Assembly (NCBI GenBank): GCA_001797365.1
Contig: MGPH01000011.1
Location: 20,402 to 84,401 of the forward strand
Direction: 5' to 3'
Source of the DNA: Deltaproteobacteria bacterium GWA2_45_12
Lineage (GTDB): Bacteria; UBA10199
Length of the DNA: 64,000 nucleotides
The translations under genes were made by a program, and so were the position numbers. Of this stretch, positions 40,855 through 52,710 are shown in pieces (position 1 is the stretch's first letter; each line of letters starts with the position of its first letter). Below the pieces are notes generated by a model. That model did no database searches and was not told where the DNA came from. It worked only from the letters and a program-made list of their open reading frames with translations.

Positions 40855-41622
40855 ATGAAGAATTTTATTCCTTTTTGGTTTCTATTTTTCATTCTTTTTT
40901 CTGCATGGGCTCAGTCTCCAAAAGAGTTTACCACCATGGGAGGATTCGATTTTGATGAATACCAAAAAACCTCCTTTTCCAACCCGGCTTGGGATCCCTT
41001 TGTTCGTGAAGGGTTTGAAGCTTTTGACAAAAATGATTTGCCCACGGCCCTTGAATTTTTACGCAAGGCCACCAACATTGGGTGCCAGTCCCCTTTGGTC
41101 TATGTAAAACTGGCCTTGGCCTATGAAGTACAAGGTGGTTATTATTCGGCCGCCCAATATTATGAGCTGGCTTCTTCACAAATAAAATCAATCCATCCCG
41201 GACATCGTTATGCTGAAAGTTTTGATGAAAACTACGGACGAGCCCTTTATATGATGGGGCAAATGGATATGGCCGTCCCCTTACTTGAAAAAGCCGCGCT
41301 CAAAAACAATACAAGCCCGTGGGTTCTGCAGCTTTTGGGACAACATGCCTTGACACGCGGAGATATCCAAAAAGCGTCTTTCTATTATGAAAAATTACTG
41401 GCTACGGGAGGAGGGCAAATTACCTACCCCGAACAGCTCGATTTATACCTTCAACTGGCCCGAAGTTTCGCCAATGGTAAAAACACGGACAAAGCGATTG
41501 CCTATTATGAATCCGTTTTAAAATTAGATCCCCAAAATCAGGAAGCCGCCCAATTCATAAGCAGCCACAAAAATACGGGAAACATGGATAAGGTTTTTGA
41601 GATGATGGAAAAAGGGAAATAG
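40855..41622 (+). CDS. secreted TPR-repeat protein
   Basis: Signal peptide MKNFIPFWFLFFILFSAWA, followed by TPR-like helices. Confidence 0.6.
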   Translation: MKNFIPFWFLFFILFSAWAQSPKEFTTMGGFDFDEYQKTSFSNPAWDPFVREGFEAFDKNDLPTALEFLRKATNIGCQSPLVYVKLALAYEVQGGYYSAAQYYELASSQIKSIHPGHRYAESFDENYGRALYMMGQMDMAVPLLEKAALKNNTSPWVLQLLGQHALTRGDIQKASFYYEKLLATGGGQITYPEQLDLYLQLARSFANGKNTDKAIAYYESVLKLDPQNQEAAQFISSHKNTGNMDKVFEMMEKGK

Positions 41623-41623
41623 A

Positions 41624-42589
41624 CTACCTTCCTCCGAAACAAATATCCGCCATGAGTTTGTCAACATAGAACCGGTGATTCACCGGGCTGCTTTTAAGCG
41701 AACGATCGGTGATAAGCAGCCGCTGGTAAATTTCCTTGAGCTGGGAAGAAGAATATTGACGGGCCTGAACAAGATAATCTTTCACAAAAAAGGGATGGAC
41801 TCCCAACTGCGAGGCCGCTTCCTGTTCACTTGATTTTTTTCTTAAAGCTTCCTGCGCCAAAAGCAAAAGTTTAAAGTGACGCGCCATCATCGAAACAAGC
41901 CGAACCAAGGGTTCCCCTTGAATTAAAATATTTTCCAGTAAACTCTGGGCCTGGGCCCATTTTTTGGCCCCAATTTGCCCCACGAGATCAAAAATGCTTT
42001 TGCTTAAAAATTGCCCCACCACCGCTTCAACATCACTAGCTTGCACTTCTTTCCGGCTTCCCAAATAAGTTTTAAGTGTTTCAAGGGCTGAAACCTGGGC
42101 CATGAGATGGTTTCCTAAAATATCAACTAAGGCCTGAAGGGCCGGTGGCGTCAGGGCCAGGTCCATCCCTTTGGCTTCCTGGAAAAGCCACCCAGACATT
42201 TGTCGGGGATAAGGAGCTTTAAGCTCTTCAATAAAACCGGCTTTGACCGCTTTTTGCCAAACCTTGATTCGTTTGTCGATTTTGGAAACATGAAGTACCA
42301 AACACGTGGAAGGCGATGGGAATTGCATGTAAGACAACAAAAGATCCAGATCGTTTTTCTTTAAATCATCGCCATCGGAAACCCACACAAAACGGTAACC
42401 AGCCATCATCGGCAATTGAGCGCAGGCAAGAAGGACGTCATGAAGCAAATGATCTTTAAGTGAAAAAGAATTCTCGTTCCATTCATCTTTTTGACTTCCA
42501 AGAATCTGCTCTTTTAATTGGCCCCGTCTTTTTTGAACCAGATAGGCGTCGTCAGAGACAAGGATGGTGATGAGGGGGATAGAAGACAT
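41624..42589 (-). CDS. holA: DNA polymerase III delta subunit
   Basis: 321 aa. Location downstream of leuS (leuS-(lptE)-holA synteny), and a clamp-loader delta-like N-terminus. Confidence 0.6.
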   Translation of the reverse strand: MSSIPLITILVSDDAYLVQKRRGQLKEQILGSQKDEWNENSFSLKDHLLHDVLLACAQLPMMAGYRFVWVSDGDDLKKNDLDLLLSYMQFPSPSTCLVLHVSKIDKRIKVWQKAVKAGFIEELKAPYPRQMSGWLFQEAKGMDLALTPPALQALVDILGNHLMAQVSALETLKTYLGSRKEVQASDVEAVVGQFLSKSIFDLVGQIGAKKWAQAQSLLENILIQGEPLVRLVSMMARHFKLLLLAQEALRKKSSEQEAASQLGVHPFFVKDYLVQARQYSSSQLKEIYQRLLITDRSLKSSPVNHRFYVDKLMADICFGGR

Positions 42590-42697
42590 AATATGTCAAA
42601 ATTTGACCCATCACCTCGACTCCGCTCGGTGACCACTCGACGGTCCCTGAGCGGAGCCTGTGATGAGCCTAGCCGAATCATCGAAGGGCCAAGTACG

Positions 42698-45142
42698 TTA
42701 CACCACAAAACTAACCAATTTTCCGGGGACAAAAATTTCTTTGCGAATGGGTTTACCTTCCAAATAGGTTTTAATCTTGTCATTTTTTTTGACCAAGGTG
42801 ATCACTTCTTCCTGACTGGCCTCGGGGGAAACCATGACCTGAGCCCGCACTTTTCCATTTACCTGAACCACTATCACAATTTCTTTCTTGTTCAATTCAG
42901 CTTCCAAAAAAGAAGGCCACGACATGGATAAAAGGTCCTGATTTGGCGACAAAGAGTTCCCCAATTCCGCAGCAAAATGGGGGACAAAAGGAAACAAAAG
43001 GACAACAAGAGTTTTGAGTGCTTCTTTAAAAGAAGGGGACAGGCCGGATTCAGGAGCCACCTTGTGCAGATAATTCACAAATTCCATAATCGCCGCAATG
43101 GCGGTGTTAAAATGAAAATTTTCAATGTCTTCAGTCACTTTTTTAATGGTTTTGTGAATCCAAAAATTCATTTCCGGATGGGGACTATTTCCGGCCCAAC
43201 GATTGGAAACCGTTTCATAGCACAGGGCCCATACACGATTTAAAAACCGGTAGGCCCCTTCAACCCCAAGATCGGACCAGTCCAAATCGCGCTCCGGAGG
43301 CGAAGCAAACAAGGTAAACAAACGCGCCGTATCGGCTCCGTATTTTTCGATGAGATAATTGGGATCGACCACATTGCCTTTGGACTTGCTCATTTTGGCC
43401 CCATCTTTAATCACCATGCCTTGAGTCAGTAAGCGGCTAAAAGGTTCGCTTAAACGGTGGTAGCCCAAGTCACGCAATACACGTGTGAAAAAACGGGAAT
43501 ATAAAAGATGCAACACGGCGTGCTCAATGCCCCCAATGTATTGGTCGACCGGACTCCAGTAACAGACAAGGTCTTCGGCAAAGGGAGCCTGATTATTGAT
43601 GGGATCGGTGTACCGCAGAAAATACCAGGAAGATTCAACGAAGGTGTCCATGGTATCGGTTTCACGACGGGCCGGCGCCCCACATTTGGGGCATATTGTT
43701 TTTAAAAAAGATTCATGCCGGGCCAGGGGAGAACCGGCCATTCCCGTGAATTCAACATCTTCAGGCAAAACAATCGGCAGATCTTCAACACGTGCCGGAA
43801 CCACACCGCACACCTGGCAATGCACCGCTGGAATGGGAGTACCCCAATAACGCTGGCGAGAAATACCCCAGTCACGCAATTTGTAATGAATGGTTTTTTG
43901 CCCTATTCTTTTTCGTTCCAAAAAATCGGTAATGGCAAGCCTGGCCACCGAACTCTTCATGCCGTTAAACTGGCCCGAGTTGATTAAAATACCCTCTTCT
44001 TCAAAGGCCTGATCCATGCCCCGCGGATCTAGTAACTTTCCGGGAGGATGGATGACCACATTGATGGGCAGATTGTATTTTCTGGCAAATTCAAAATCGC
44101 GCTGGTCATGGGCGGGCACGGCCATCACGGCCCCCGTTCCATAGCCCATCACGACAAAATTGGCCGCATAAATGGGAATTTTTCTGTGCGTGACCGGATT
44201 GATGCAATAGGCCCCCGTAAAAACGCCTTCTTTTTCCTGCTCTGCACTGTATTTTTCTTCCACCTTTTTCTGGGCCATGCGGCTAATAAATTCTTTGACT
44301 TTGGATTCTTGGGGTTTGCCTTCAATTAACTGGGAAAGCCAGGGGTGTTCAGGAGCCATGGAAACAAAAGTGGTTCCAAAAAGAGTATCGGGACGGGTGG
44401 TGAAAATGGTTAGTTTAAGGTCCGTCCCGTCAATGGGAAAATCAATGCTGGCGCCCTCGGAACGGCCAATCCATTCGCGTTGCATGGTAAGCACGCGTTC
44501 GGGCCATCCATTTTTGAGTTCATCCAAACCCTTTAGGAGTTCATCGGCATAGGCTGTAATTTTAAAAAACCATTGCTCCAAGGGTTTTAAGACGACCACC
44601 TGGTCGCATCGCCAGCATTTGCCACCTACGACTTGTTCATTAGCCAATACCGTGGCACAAGTTTCACACCAGTTTACTTGCGATTCTTTGCGATAAACCA
44701 ACCCCTTTTCCCACATTTGCAAAAAGAAAAGCTGTTCCCAGCGATAATAGCCGGGCTTGCTCGTATTGACCTCACGGGCCCAGTCATAGGAAAATCCCAT
44801 ACGTTTAAGCTGTTCACGCATCGTGGCCACGTTTTCATCCGTCCAGCGTGCAGGGTGGCTTTTGTTTTTGATGGCGGCGTTTTCAGCCGGCATCCCAAAA
44901 GCATCCCACCCCATGGGGTGAAGCACATTAAAGCCCTTCATTTTTTTGTAGCGAGCCACAACATCCCCAATGGTGTAATTGCGCACATGCCCCATATGAA
45001 TGCGACCAGAGGGATAAGGAAACATTTCGAGCAGATAATATTTTTCTTTGGAGGAATCTTTAGTGACGGTAAAAATCTGTTTTTCTTCCCAGTGTTTTTG
45101 CCACCGGGGTTCAAGTTCTTGTGGATTGTATTTTTCTTGCAT
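42698..45142 (-). CDS. leuS: leucyl-tRNA synthetase
   Basis: 814 aa. [10 protein letters not shown] (HIGH) and KMSKS motifs, with a CP1 editing domain. Confidence 0.9.
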   Translation of the reverse strand: MQEKYNPQELEPRWQKHWEEKQIFTVTKDSSKEKYYLLEMFPYPSGRIHMGHVRNYTIGDVVARYKKMKGFNVLHPMGWDAFGMPAENAAIKNKSHPARWTDENVATMREQLKRMGFSYDWAREVNTSKPGYYRWEQLFFLQMWEKGLVYRKESQVNWCETCATVLANEQVVGGKCWRCDQVVVLKPLEQWFFKITAYADELLKGLDELKNGWPERVLTMQREWIGRSEGASIDFPIDGTDLKLTIFTTRPDTLFGTTFVSMAPEHPWLSQLIEGKPQESKVKEFISRMAQKKVEEKYSAEQEKEGVFTGAYCINPVTHRKIPIYAANFVVMGYGTGAVMAVPAHDQRDFEFARKYNLPINVVIHPPGKLLDPRGMDQAFEEEGILINSGQFNGMKSSVARLAITDFLERKRIGQKTIHYKLRDWGISRQRYWGTPIPAVHCQVCGVVPARVEDLPIVLPEDVEFTGMAGSPLARHESFLKTICPKCGAPARRETDTMDTFVESSWYFLRYTDPINNQAPFAEDLVCYWSPVDQYIGGIEHAVLHLLYSRFFTRVLRDLGYHRLSEPFSRLLTQGMVIKDGAKMSKSKGNVVDPNYLIEKYGADTARLFTLFASPPERDLDWSDLGVEGAYRFLNRVWALCYETVSNRWAGNSPHPEMNFWIHKTIKKVTEDIENFHFNTAIAAIMEFVNYLHKVAPESGLSPSFKEALKTLVVLLFPFVPHFAAELGNSLSPNQDLLSMSWPSFLEAELNKKEIVIVVQVNGKVRAQVMVSPEASQEEVITLVKKNDKIKTYLEGKPIRKEIFVPGKLVSFVV

Positions 45143-45208
45143 GGGAATGGGTTTCTAGCACAAGGTTTTTTTATGTGACAATGAAAAAGATGAGACTGGG
45201 GCTAAGTA

Positions 45209-45673
45209 TCAAGCCGCCTTTTTGAAAACAACATCAACGGGGCAATCGAGCATCGAAAGAAGTTTCACCATCTGATCGATGGTTTTTCCATAAAAGGTCT
45301 GGTCCAGCAATCGATACAAGTGCGTTGGCGATGTGCCAAGCCTTCTGGCAAGTTCCCTTTTGCTGATTTTTTTGGAGTGTAGCGCTTTTTGCGCTTTCAC
45401 GGTCAATTTGTAGAGGAGCATGTTTTTTAAATAATCCGTATCACCGTTGTATTCCAAGACTTGGTCCATCAAAATCGTCTGTTCACCTCCTTTTTCAAAG
45501 GTATAGGTGAACCCTTCCCTCCCCAATTCTTGATCGACAAAGACGCTTTTAATTTTATTGGCGAAGGTGGGCTTAACCAAAAGCCTTGAATACGGGTATT
45601 CAAACTTACCTTCCTTGGTTTCAATTTCGAAACTTTTTTTACGGTTATTGTAATGCACTTTTTTGATCTTCAT
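45209..45673 (-). CDS. DUF2442-like protein with C-terminal XRE-type HTH (putative antitoxin/regulator)
   Basis: 154 aa with a C-terminal ISKRELARRLGTSPTHLYRLL helix-turn-helix. 4-nt overlap (ATGA) with the upstream DUF4160 gene. Confidence 0.55.
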   Translation of the reverse strand: MKIKKVHYNNRKKSFEIETKEGKFEYPYSRLLVKPTFANKIKSVFVDQELGREGFTYTFEKGGEQTILMDQVLEYNGDTDYLKNMLLYKLTVKAQKALHSKKISKRELARRLGTSPTHLYRLLDQTFYGKTIDQMVKLLSMLDCPVDVVFKKAA

Positions 45674-45861
45674 AATCTTCCTTCTTTTTTCAATATCCTT
45701 ATGAGCTTAAGGATTCTCTTCGTGATTTTTCCTTGAATGGCCTTGCCTTCATCAAGATCCCATTTCAAAACCTGTTTTTCATCCTTATAAACATGAACAT
45801 GATGTCCATGATCGCCGATCCAATCAACAAAAAGATAATTACCCTTCCTGACCTTCCCCAT
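45670..45861 (-). CDS. DUF4160-family small protein (putative toxin-like partner)
   Basis: 63 aa with DHGHHVHVYKDEKQ, matching the DUF4160 ppHvHv core. This family typically pairs with DUF2442. Confidence 0.55.
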   Translation of the reverse strand: MGKVRKGNYLFVDWIGDHGHHVHVYKDEKQVLKWDLDEGKAIQGKITKRILKLIRILKKEGRL

Positions 45862-45867
45862 TTTTTT

Positions 45868-45893
45868 AAATAGTACCTTTTTAGGTACTATTT
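45868..45893. promoter_or_regulatory. perfect inverted repeat AAATAGTACC-N6-GGTACTATTT immediately upstream of the DUF4160/DUF2442-HTH pair
   Basis: 10-bp arms with a 6-bp spacer, 7 nt upstream of the 45861 start codon. Operator-like. Confidence 0.4.
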
Positions 45894-46055
45894 CTCAACA
45901 AGTTATTTTTAAAACTTCACGCAAACATTCGATAAGCAAAGAAGATGCCAAAGCAGATTTAAAGATAAGCTATTGAAAAATATGGTGGAGAAGGAACAGT
46001 GCGAGATTTTACTTCAAGACAATCGTCCGAAAATAGGACGGTGGGGGAGCTTGGA

Positions 46056-47561
46056 TTATATCCCCTCAGCCGTATCGTATTCCTTGTGTTCCTTGCCGTC
46101 GAAGGCGTAGATTTTGAAACGATCGGAAGCGCGGGTTTCAATGAGGACGGGACGTTTCCAGAGGACATGGAGATTTTTTAAAACCTCCTTGGCGTAGGGT
46201 TCATCTAGCTCAACCCCCTCGTATTTGTGCTTGAGCATGAGCTCAGTACGATTGGAATGGTTGGCATCGACTACTTCAATCATGGGTTGGCCAAAATTGG
46301 TAAGTTGAGAAAGGAGTTTCGCCTTGATTATTTTAAAGTCTCGGGAGGAAATTTCGTGCCTGGCATTTTGTTTGTTGTAGTCGAAGGCAAAAAGTTTGTA
46401 CTGTTCACAGAATTCTTGGGTTAAAAAAGTGTCCAAAAAAGTAACATCATTGTAGATTTTTCTTACTTCAAAAATTTTCTGCCGCCCCAACCCCAAATTT
46501 TTGTTCCAGCGCGCTTTTTCAACCATGTTGTCACACTCGTCATATTCCTTCCCGAATTTCCCCTTGTTCCATCGGTCTTCAATATCACGAAAAAGCTCAA
46601 TCCCGATTTTATAAGGGTTTAACCGGCCCGGCTGCATGGAAACCGTGCCTGAATGATGGTCGGCAAAATCAATCACCTCGGCATCGGTCAGCGCCTTGCC
46701 CGTCATGATTTTGCTGTGCCAGTAGCTGGCCCAACCTTCGTTCATGATCTTGGTCTGGGCCTGGGGGGCAAAGTAATAGGCTTCATCACGAATAATGGCC
46801 AACACATCCTGTTGCCAACGTTCCAAGGGGCCAAATTGCAGCAAAAACAACATGACATCCCGGTAAGGTTCCAGGGGAATTTTTTCGTTTTTCTTCGATT
46901 TTTCGAGAAAATTTTTCTTTTGTTCATCCAGAAAATCTTTCGGGTTTACAAATTTATCAAGGTACTGATGTTCGGTGTGAAGCCTTGTAATGGGGATTTC
47001 GGGGTCTTCCTCCTCACCATCCTCGTTTAAAACCGGCGGTTTTGGAGTCTCGAAACGCTTGATCAGCGGGGAATAAATATCGATGAGATTGTCGATAGAA
47101 AGGCATACGTCAATGAATGACTCAACCCGCTCATACCCGTATTTATTGACATAGCGCTGTATCTTCGTCTTATGGTTGGCCATGATGTCCACCATGTGCC
47201 GGTTGGTATGTGCAAAAAAGATGTTGTTCTTGAAAAAATCGCAATGCCCAAACACATGGGCCATCACCATTTTTTGGTCGACAACGGAGTTACTGTATAA
47301 AAGATAGGCGTAGCAAGGGTCGTTGTTAATGACCATTTCATAAATTTTGGAAAGCCCATAAGCATAACTTTTGGAAAGTTGCTCGTATTCCATGCCAAAA
47401 CGCCAATGGGGATAACGATTGGGAAACCCCCCATAGGCAGCGACTTCATTCATTTGCTTGAAGTCGAGCATCTCGAAAATGGTTTCAAAAAAATCCAAAC
47501 CACATTCGCGGGCATATCCCTCAATACGTACACGCCAATTTTCGAGTTCAGGTGATAACAT
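46056..47561 (-). CDS. SpoVR-family protein
   Basis: 501 aa. Third gene of the conserved prkA-yeaH(DUF444)-spoVR/ycgB triad. Confidence 0.8.
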   Translation of the reverse strand: MLSPELENWRVRIEGYARECGLDFFETIFEMLDFKQMNEVAAYGGFPNRYPHWRFGMEYEQLSKSYAYGLSKIYEMVINNDPCYAYLLYSNSVVDQKMVMAHVFGHCDFFKNNIFFAHTNRHMVDIMANHKTKIQRYVNKYGYERVESFIDVCLSIDNLIDIYSPLIKRFETPKPPVLNEDGEEEDPEIPITRLHTEHQYLDKFVNPKDFLDEQKKNFLEKSKKNEKIPLEPYRDVMLFLLQFGPLERWQQDVLAIIRDEAYYFAPQAQTKIMNEGWASYWHSKIMTGKALTDAEVIDFADHHSGTVSMQPGRLNPYKIGIELFRDIEDRWNKGKFGKEYDECDNMVEKARWNKNLGLGRQKIFEVRKIYNDVTFLDTFLTQEFCEQYKLFAFDYNKQNARHEISSRDFKIIKAKLLSQLTNFGQPMIEVVDANHSNRTELMLKHKYEGVELDEPYAKEVLKNLHVLWKRPVLIETRASDRFKIYAFDGKEHKEYDTAEGI

Positions 47562-47623
47562 AGGTGTTCAATGTAGGGGCAGGTCTATGACCTGCCCGAA
47601 TTATGAGCGGTATAAACCCGCCC

Positions 47624-48739
47624 TTACTTCCCCTTCCCCAAAAAAGTTTTGATCGAATCGATGATCTTGTCCTTGCCTTCTATCTTTGAGAGGATGAGGT
47701 TGTCATTGGGTTCACCAAAACGATCTTTTAAATCTTTATAAAATTGCCCGCTGCCATATTCGCTTTCCACCTGGCCATAGCAAAACATGTTTGCCATCGG
47801 GAAAAAATCCTTCTCCAACATGTCAAGACATTCAAGAGTGTCGCTTCCCGACCAGTTGTCCCCATCGGAGAAATGGAACAGATAAATATTCCATTCAGCC
47901 GGATCGTAATGATCATAAATAATCTTGCGGGCTAATTTATAGGCCGATGAAATGATGGTGCCCCCCGATTCACGCGTGTGATAGAAAGTGTCGGCATCCA
48001 CCTCACGGGCGACGGCATCATGAATAATGTAGCGGGTTTCCAGCCCCTGGTAATGGTGCTTAAGCCAGGTATCAATCCAGAATGATTCAATGCGCACAAT
48101 TTCCTTTTGTTCCTGCCCCATGGAACCGGAAACATCCATCATGTAAAGAATGATGGCGCGGCTTGTGGGTTCGCGCACAATCTTGAAACTGCGATACCGC
48201 TTGTCTTCCCCGTAAGGGATGATGATGGGTTTGGCCAGATTGTACTGGCCTGAAATAATCTGTCTTTTGAGGGCCTGTTTGTAGGTACGTTTGAAATGCC
48301 GCAGTGATTCAGGGCCTGCCGTCCTTACTCCCCGATAAGCATATTTGGAGGAAATAATCTTTTCGGAATCCTTGGGTAAAATCTTGGGGAGTTCCAATTC
48401 TTCACCCAGCAACTCGGCAATTTCATCCATGCTCACATCCACTTCCAGAATATGTTGCCCGGGTTGGTCCCCTCCTTGATGTCCCGTTCCTGCTTCATCT
48501 CCATCCCCTGTAGAAACAGGGGTTCCTACATCGCCTGCCCCATTACCCACACCACCACGCTGTTTGTCTGAAAATTTGAAATGGGGGATGTCAATTTGAG
48601 GGAGCGGAATGCTGATAAGCTTTTTACCCTGCTTGCCGATCAGCTCGCCACTAGTAATGAACTTGCGAAGTTCTTTCTTTATTTTGCCGCGAACAATCTG
48701 CTTGAAACGGCTATGGTCTTGTTCGATTTTGAGGATCAA
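47624..48739 (-). CDS. yeaH: DUF444 / YeaH-like vWA-domain protein
   Basis: 371 aa. vWA-like MIDAS region (DVSGSM). Sits between prkA and spoVR. Confidence 0.75.
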   Translation of the reverse strand: MILKIEQDHSRFKQIVRGKIKKELRKFITSGELIGKQGKKLISIPLPQIDIPHFKFSDKQRGGVGNGAGDVGTPVSTGDGDEAGTGHQGGDQPGQHILEVDVSMDEIAELLGEELELPKILPKDSEKIISSKYAYRGVRTAGPESLRHFKRTYKQALKRQIISGQYNLAKPIIIPYGEDKRYRSFKIVREPTSRAIILYMMDVSGSMGQEQKEIVRIESFWIDTWLKHHYQGLETRYIIHDAVAREVDADTFYHTRESGGTIISSAYKLARKIIYDHYDPAEWNIYLFHFSDGDNWSGSDTLECLDMLEKDFFPMANMFCYGQVESEYGSGQFYKDLKDRFGEPNDNLILSKIEGKDKIIDSIKTFLGKGK

Positions 48740-48884
48740 AGGTGCTTCACAACAGCAATGCCCCTGTAGTAGGGGCGATCCTTGTGATCGCCCTCGATCC
48801 TTATGATCGCCCTAACGTAGGGACACGGCATGCCGTGCCTCTACACGGGGGCGAATACAAGATTCGCCCCTACATGATTTCAAA

Positions 48885-50963
48885 TCAATGTTTCTCCCGA
48901 ATATCCCCCCTGGCAAAAATGGAGGCAACATAGTTAAGCACATCGGTGGCACAAATATCGCAATACCCGTAATTCTTGGTTAAGCGGGCCTTGACCACGT
49001 CAATTTTTTCCTGGGTATCTTTATCAACCACTGAACTGACAAGGCTTGTCAGTTTAATGGTGTCTTTTTGATCTTCAAAAAGTTTCAATTCGAGTGCTTT
49101 GTGCAAACGCTCATTGGTGCGGTAATCAAATTTTTTCCCTTCCAGTGAAAGGGCTCCGATGTAGTTCATAATTTCCCGACGAAAATCGTCCTTTCGCGAT
49201 TCAGGAATATCGATTTTTTCTTCAATGGCGCGCATCAGGCGTTCATCGGGCTCTTCATCCTGCCCCGTATATTTGTTACGCACCCTTTCTTTTTGGGTAT
49301 AGGCCTTGATGTTGTCGACATAATTGGAACACAGCCTTGAAATGGCGTCTTCATCGGCTGCAATAGCACGCTGAACCTCGTTTTTAACGATGTCCTCATA
49401 TTCTTCCTTCACCACCGTCAGCAATTCAATATAGCGTTTCTTCTGTTCATCACTGTTAATCAGCGAATGATGCCTTAACCCTGATTCCAGCTCGTTAATC
49501 ACCATGAAAGGATTGACACACCCTTCTCCCAATTCACTGACCAGCGCATTTGAAATTTTATCCTGAACATAGCGCGGTGAAATGCCTTCCATTCCCTCAC
49601 GTTTGGCTTCTTTACGCAGCTCCTTGACATTGTCTTCGGTAAAACCAGGAAGGGTTTTGCCTTGGTATAATTTCAGTTTTTGCATCAGGGTGAGATTGGC
49701 TTTTTTGGGTTCTTCCAGACGGGTGAGCACCGCCCACATGGAGGCCATTTCAATGGTGTGAGGGGCAATGTGCTTCCCTTTAATTTTGTCGACACTGTAG
49801 TCCTTGTAGTAAATTTTCTGTTCTTCCCCGAGTTTGGTGATGTAGGGCACATCAATTTTAACGGTACGATCCCGAAGGGCTTCCATGTATTCGTTGTTTT
49901 GTAGGCGACGGTATTCGGGTTCGTTTGTGTGTCCGATAATCACCTCGTCAATATCGGTTTGTGCAAATTTTTTGGGTTTGATTTTATGTTCCTGGCTGGC
50001 CCCCAACAAATCGTACAAAAAGGCCACATCCAGTTTAAGCACTTCAATAAATTCAATGATGCCGCGGTTGGCCACATTGAATTCGCCATCAAAATTGAAA
50101 GCACGAGGATCCGATTCTGAACCGTATTCGGCAATCTTCCGATAATTGATATCCCCCGTGAGTTCGGTTGAATCCTGGTTTTTCTCGTCTTTGGGTTGGA
50201 ATGTTCCAATACCAATTCGATCCTGTTCGGAAAGATGGAGTCTTTTGACTTCAATATGCTTAATAAGCTTATCCCAATCCCCTTCGTAAAGATCAAAAAG
50301 GGAGTTATAGATAAAACGGCAGGCAGGGCAAAGCTGGCCTTCGATGACAATTCTTTCATCCAGTCCAAGATGCTTGTTGGCTTCCATCAACAATTTTTTT
50401 CGGGCGGCCATAGGAACAAGGCGCAGGGGATCTTCGTGCATGGGGCAGGGAAGACGGTCCGCACTTCCAAAAATGTTTGCCAAACCCTTGTTGTTTTCAT
50501 CCCCCTTCATCCACGTAAAAGTATAAAGAGCGCCCTCCGGTGTACGCGAATAAGTTTCCAATCCCTTTTTTAAGAGGCGCGCAATCGTCGATTTTGAACT
50601 GCCCACCGGTCCGTGCAACAAAAGCACACGCTTTTCCGTCCCATAGTGCTTGGAGGCCGCCTTAAAAACATTCACCAATTTCATCAAATGAATATCCAGA
50701 CCAAAAATGGCATCACGCCCCTGTTCATAGGGATCTTCAAAAAACTTGAAATGAACGATCTTTTTTTTGTGTTCCTTGTATTCTTCGGTGCCGTGGGAAA
50801 GGATCATGTCGTAAACACGCTGGAACGCATTACGTGACACTTTGGGATTTTTTCGGAATATCTCCAGATATTCCTGAAAACTTCCCTTCCAGTTTAGTTC
50901 CTTGAAGTTTTTTATTTCGTCAGAATCTTTGATCCATTTGACTAAGTCTTCGGTACCCATCAT
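48885..50963 (-). CDS. prkA: PrkA-family serine protein kinase (AAA-like)
   Basis: 692 aa. Walker [13 protein letters not shown] and a PrkA C-terminal domain. Confidence 0.85.
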   Translation of the reverse strand: MMGTEDLVKWIKDSDEIKNFKELNWKGSFQEYLEIFRKNPKVSRNAFQRVYDMILSHGTEEYKEHKKKIVHFKFFEDPYEQGRDAIFGLDIHLMKLVNVFKAASKHYGTEKRVLLLHGPVGSSKSTIARLLKKGLETYSRTPEGALYTFTWMKGDENNKGLANIFGSADRLPCPMHEDPLRLVPMAARKKLLMEANKHLGLDERIVIEGQLCPACRFIYNSLFDLYEGDWDKLIKHIEVKRLHLSEQDRIGIGTFQPKDEKNQDSTELTGDINYRKIAEYGSESDPRAFNFDGEFNVANRGIIEFIEVLKLDVAFLYDLLGASQEHKIKPKKFAQTDIDEVIIGHTNEPEYRRLQNNEYMEALRDRTVKIDVPYITKLGEEQKIYYKDYSVDKIKGKHIAPHTIEMASMWAVLTRLEEPKKANLTLMQKLKLYQGKTLPGFTEDNVKELRKEAKREGMEGISPRYVQDKISNALVSELGEGCVNPFMVINELESGLRHHSLINSDEQKKRYIELLTVVKEEYEDIVKNEVQRAIAADEDAISRLCSNYVDNIKAYTQKERVRNKYTGQDEEPDERLMRAIEEKIDIPESRKDDFRREIMNYIGALSLEGKKFDYRTNERLHKALELKLFEDQKDTIKLTSLVSSVVDKDTQEKIDVVKARLTKNYGYCDICATDVLNYVASIFARGDIREKH

Positions 50964-51168
50964 GGTATCCTCCCCTTTTAAAATTTATTGGATGTTTTAA
51001 GGCTCGTGAAGTTATGAAAGAGCTTGTTATTTAAAGGCCTTACCAATCTTTAACCTGCTTTAAGAATTGTAGCAGCTATCCTTAATGGCTGGCAACGTTT
51101 AAGTCTTAAAAAAATTATGTGAAATTTGACGCAACAGGCCAAGGCTGTGACGCAAGGAAATTTTTGGA

Positions 51169-51954
51169 TTATTCCTTTTTATTTTCGATAAGTTTTTCTT
51201 CTTTAGTGCCCAAAGTATAACGAATGACCGCCTTCACAAGCTTGTTGCGATTGGCTTTCCCCAAAAGGGTTTTGATGTCATTAAACACGCTGGCATCGTT
51301 GACAAGCGCCCCGAGTGTGCCCTCGCCCCGATTGATTTTCCCCAAAATTTCACCAAAATCCTTGCTGGCCACATTGAGGTTTTGGGAAAGCTCGTCAACA
51401 TCATCAACAATTTTTTCCCCTTTGGGGTCATAAATGATTTCATGGACCAGACCTTTCCCCGTTTCTATTTCTTTAAGAATGGAATTGACCCTTACTAAAG
51501 TTTCATCCCCTTTTTGAACCACTTTGCCAAAATCAACGGGTTTGAGTGTGGGAATAAATTCTCCTTCCTTAAGCGCCGGCTTTTCTGGATTCCCCATGGT
51601 AATAAGAACCACCTTGTCCCCCAACAACCCTTGAGTCACCGTGTTAGCCATTGAATCCTGGCGGATACGGTCCTGATATCTTTTACTGATCATTAATTTT
51701 AAAGTGATTTTATTAACAGCTGCGTCAGGATTGACTTCAATATTGGCCACCGAACCCACAATAATGCCGGCCAAAGAAACCTGGGCCCCCGACCTGATGC
51801 CGCTAATGTCTTCAAACTGGCAGTAGAGATAATATTGGGGATCAAAAAGTTTTTTTTCTCCCCCCAACATGAACATGATCACCATAAAAAGCAGAAGCCC
51901 CATCCCCACAAAGGCCCCTACCTGTAACTGAACCATTTCTCTTGACTGTTTCAT
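51169..51954 (-). CDS. mlaD: MCE-domain protein MlaD
   Basis: N-terminal TM segment followed by an MCE domain. Downstream of mlaF-mlaE. Confidence 0.75.
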   Translation of the reverse strand: MKQSREMVQLQVGAFVGMGLLLFMVIMFMLGGEKKLFDPQYYLYCQFEDISGIRSGAQVSLAGIIVGSVANIEVNPDAAVNKITLKLMISKRYQDRIRQDSMANTVTQGLLGDKVVLITMGNPEKPALKEGEFIPTLKPVDFGKVVQKGDETLVRVNSILKEIETGKGLVHEIIYDPKGEKIVDDVDELSQNLNVASKDFGEILGKINRGEGTLGALVNDASVFNDIKTLLGKANRNKLVKAVIRYTLGTKEEKLIENKKE

Positions 51955-52688
51955 TCGCCAATTTCCCCAAGAATAAAATTTTGAACCAAAGAATTTGTGG
52001 AATGTTTTACTTCCCCAACCGTCCCAATAAATTCAATTTTTTTATTATGCAACAAAGCCATGCGATTGGAAATCTTAAAAGCAAACTCCATGTCATGGCT
52101 TACCACAACCGAGGTCACTTTTAAAACCTCTTGCAAATGGGTGATAAGCTCGCCAATCCGGTTGGTATTGGCAGGGTCCAAACCCGCTGTGGGCTCATCA
52201 TACAAGACGACCTCGGGATCCGTTGCAATGGCCCGGGCCAATCCCACCCTTTTTTTCATCCCCCCCGACAATTCGGAGGGATACAAATCTTCAATTCCAT
52301 CCAACCCCACCAATTCCAACTTGATTTTAACAATTTGGGTTATTTTTTCTTCCGGATAATCAAAATGTTCCCTGATCGGATAGGCCACATTTTCATAAAC
52401 ACTTAAGGAATCAAACAGGGCGGCGCCCTGAAACAACATTCCAACCGAAGACCTCATCTTCATGAGTTCTTCGTCCTGCATCTGGGTGACATCTACCCCT
52501 TTAAAAAGCACATGCCCGGAATCCGGTTCCATCAAACCCAAAAGAAGTTTTAAGGTAAGACTTTTCCCCGTGCCACTCCCTCCGATAATGGTGAGAGTTT
52601 CACCGGGTTTGACTGATAGATTGAGATTTTTCAAAACCTCCTTTTTGCCAAACCTTTTTGAAACATCTTTAAATTCGATCAACGCCAT
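51951..52688 (-). CDS. mlaF: ABC transporter ATP-binding protein MlaF
   Basis: Walker A GGSGTGKS, signature LSGGMKKR, Walker B VVLYDEP. Confidence 0.8.
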   Translation of the reverse strand: MALIEFKDVSKRFGKKEVLKNLNLSVKPGETLTIIGGSGTGKSLTLKLLLGLMEPDSGHVLFKGVDVTQMQDEELMKMRSSVGMLFQGAALFDSLSVYENVAYPIREHFDYPEEKITQIVKIKLELVGLDGIEDLYPSELSGGMKKRVGLARAIATDPEVVLYDEPTAGLDPANTNRIGELITHLQEVLKVTSVVVSHDMEFAFKISNRMALLHNKKIEFIGTVGEVKHSTNSLVQNFILGEIGE

Positions 52689-52710
52689 GAATATTTCCCC
52701 GTGGCCTTCG

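Noticed and set aside
50964-51168. Sigma-54 promoter upstream of prkA (expected from E. coli yeaG regulation)
   Set aside because: No GCAA-N5-GTGCCA (reverse-strand consensus) was found in the 200-bp upstream region.
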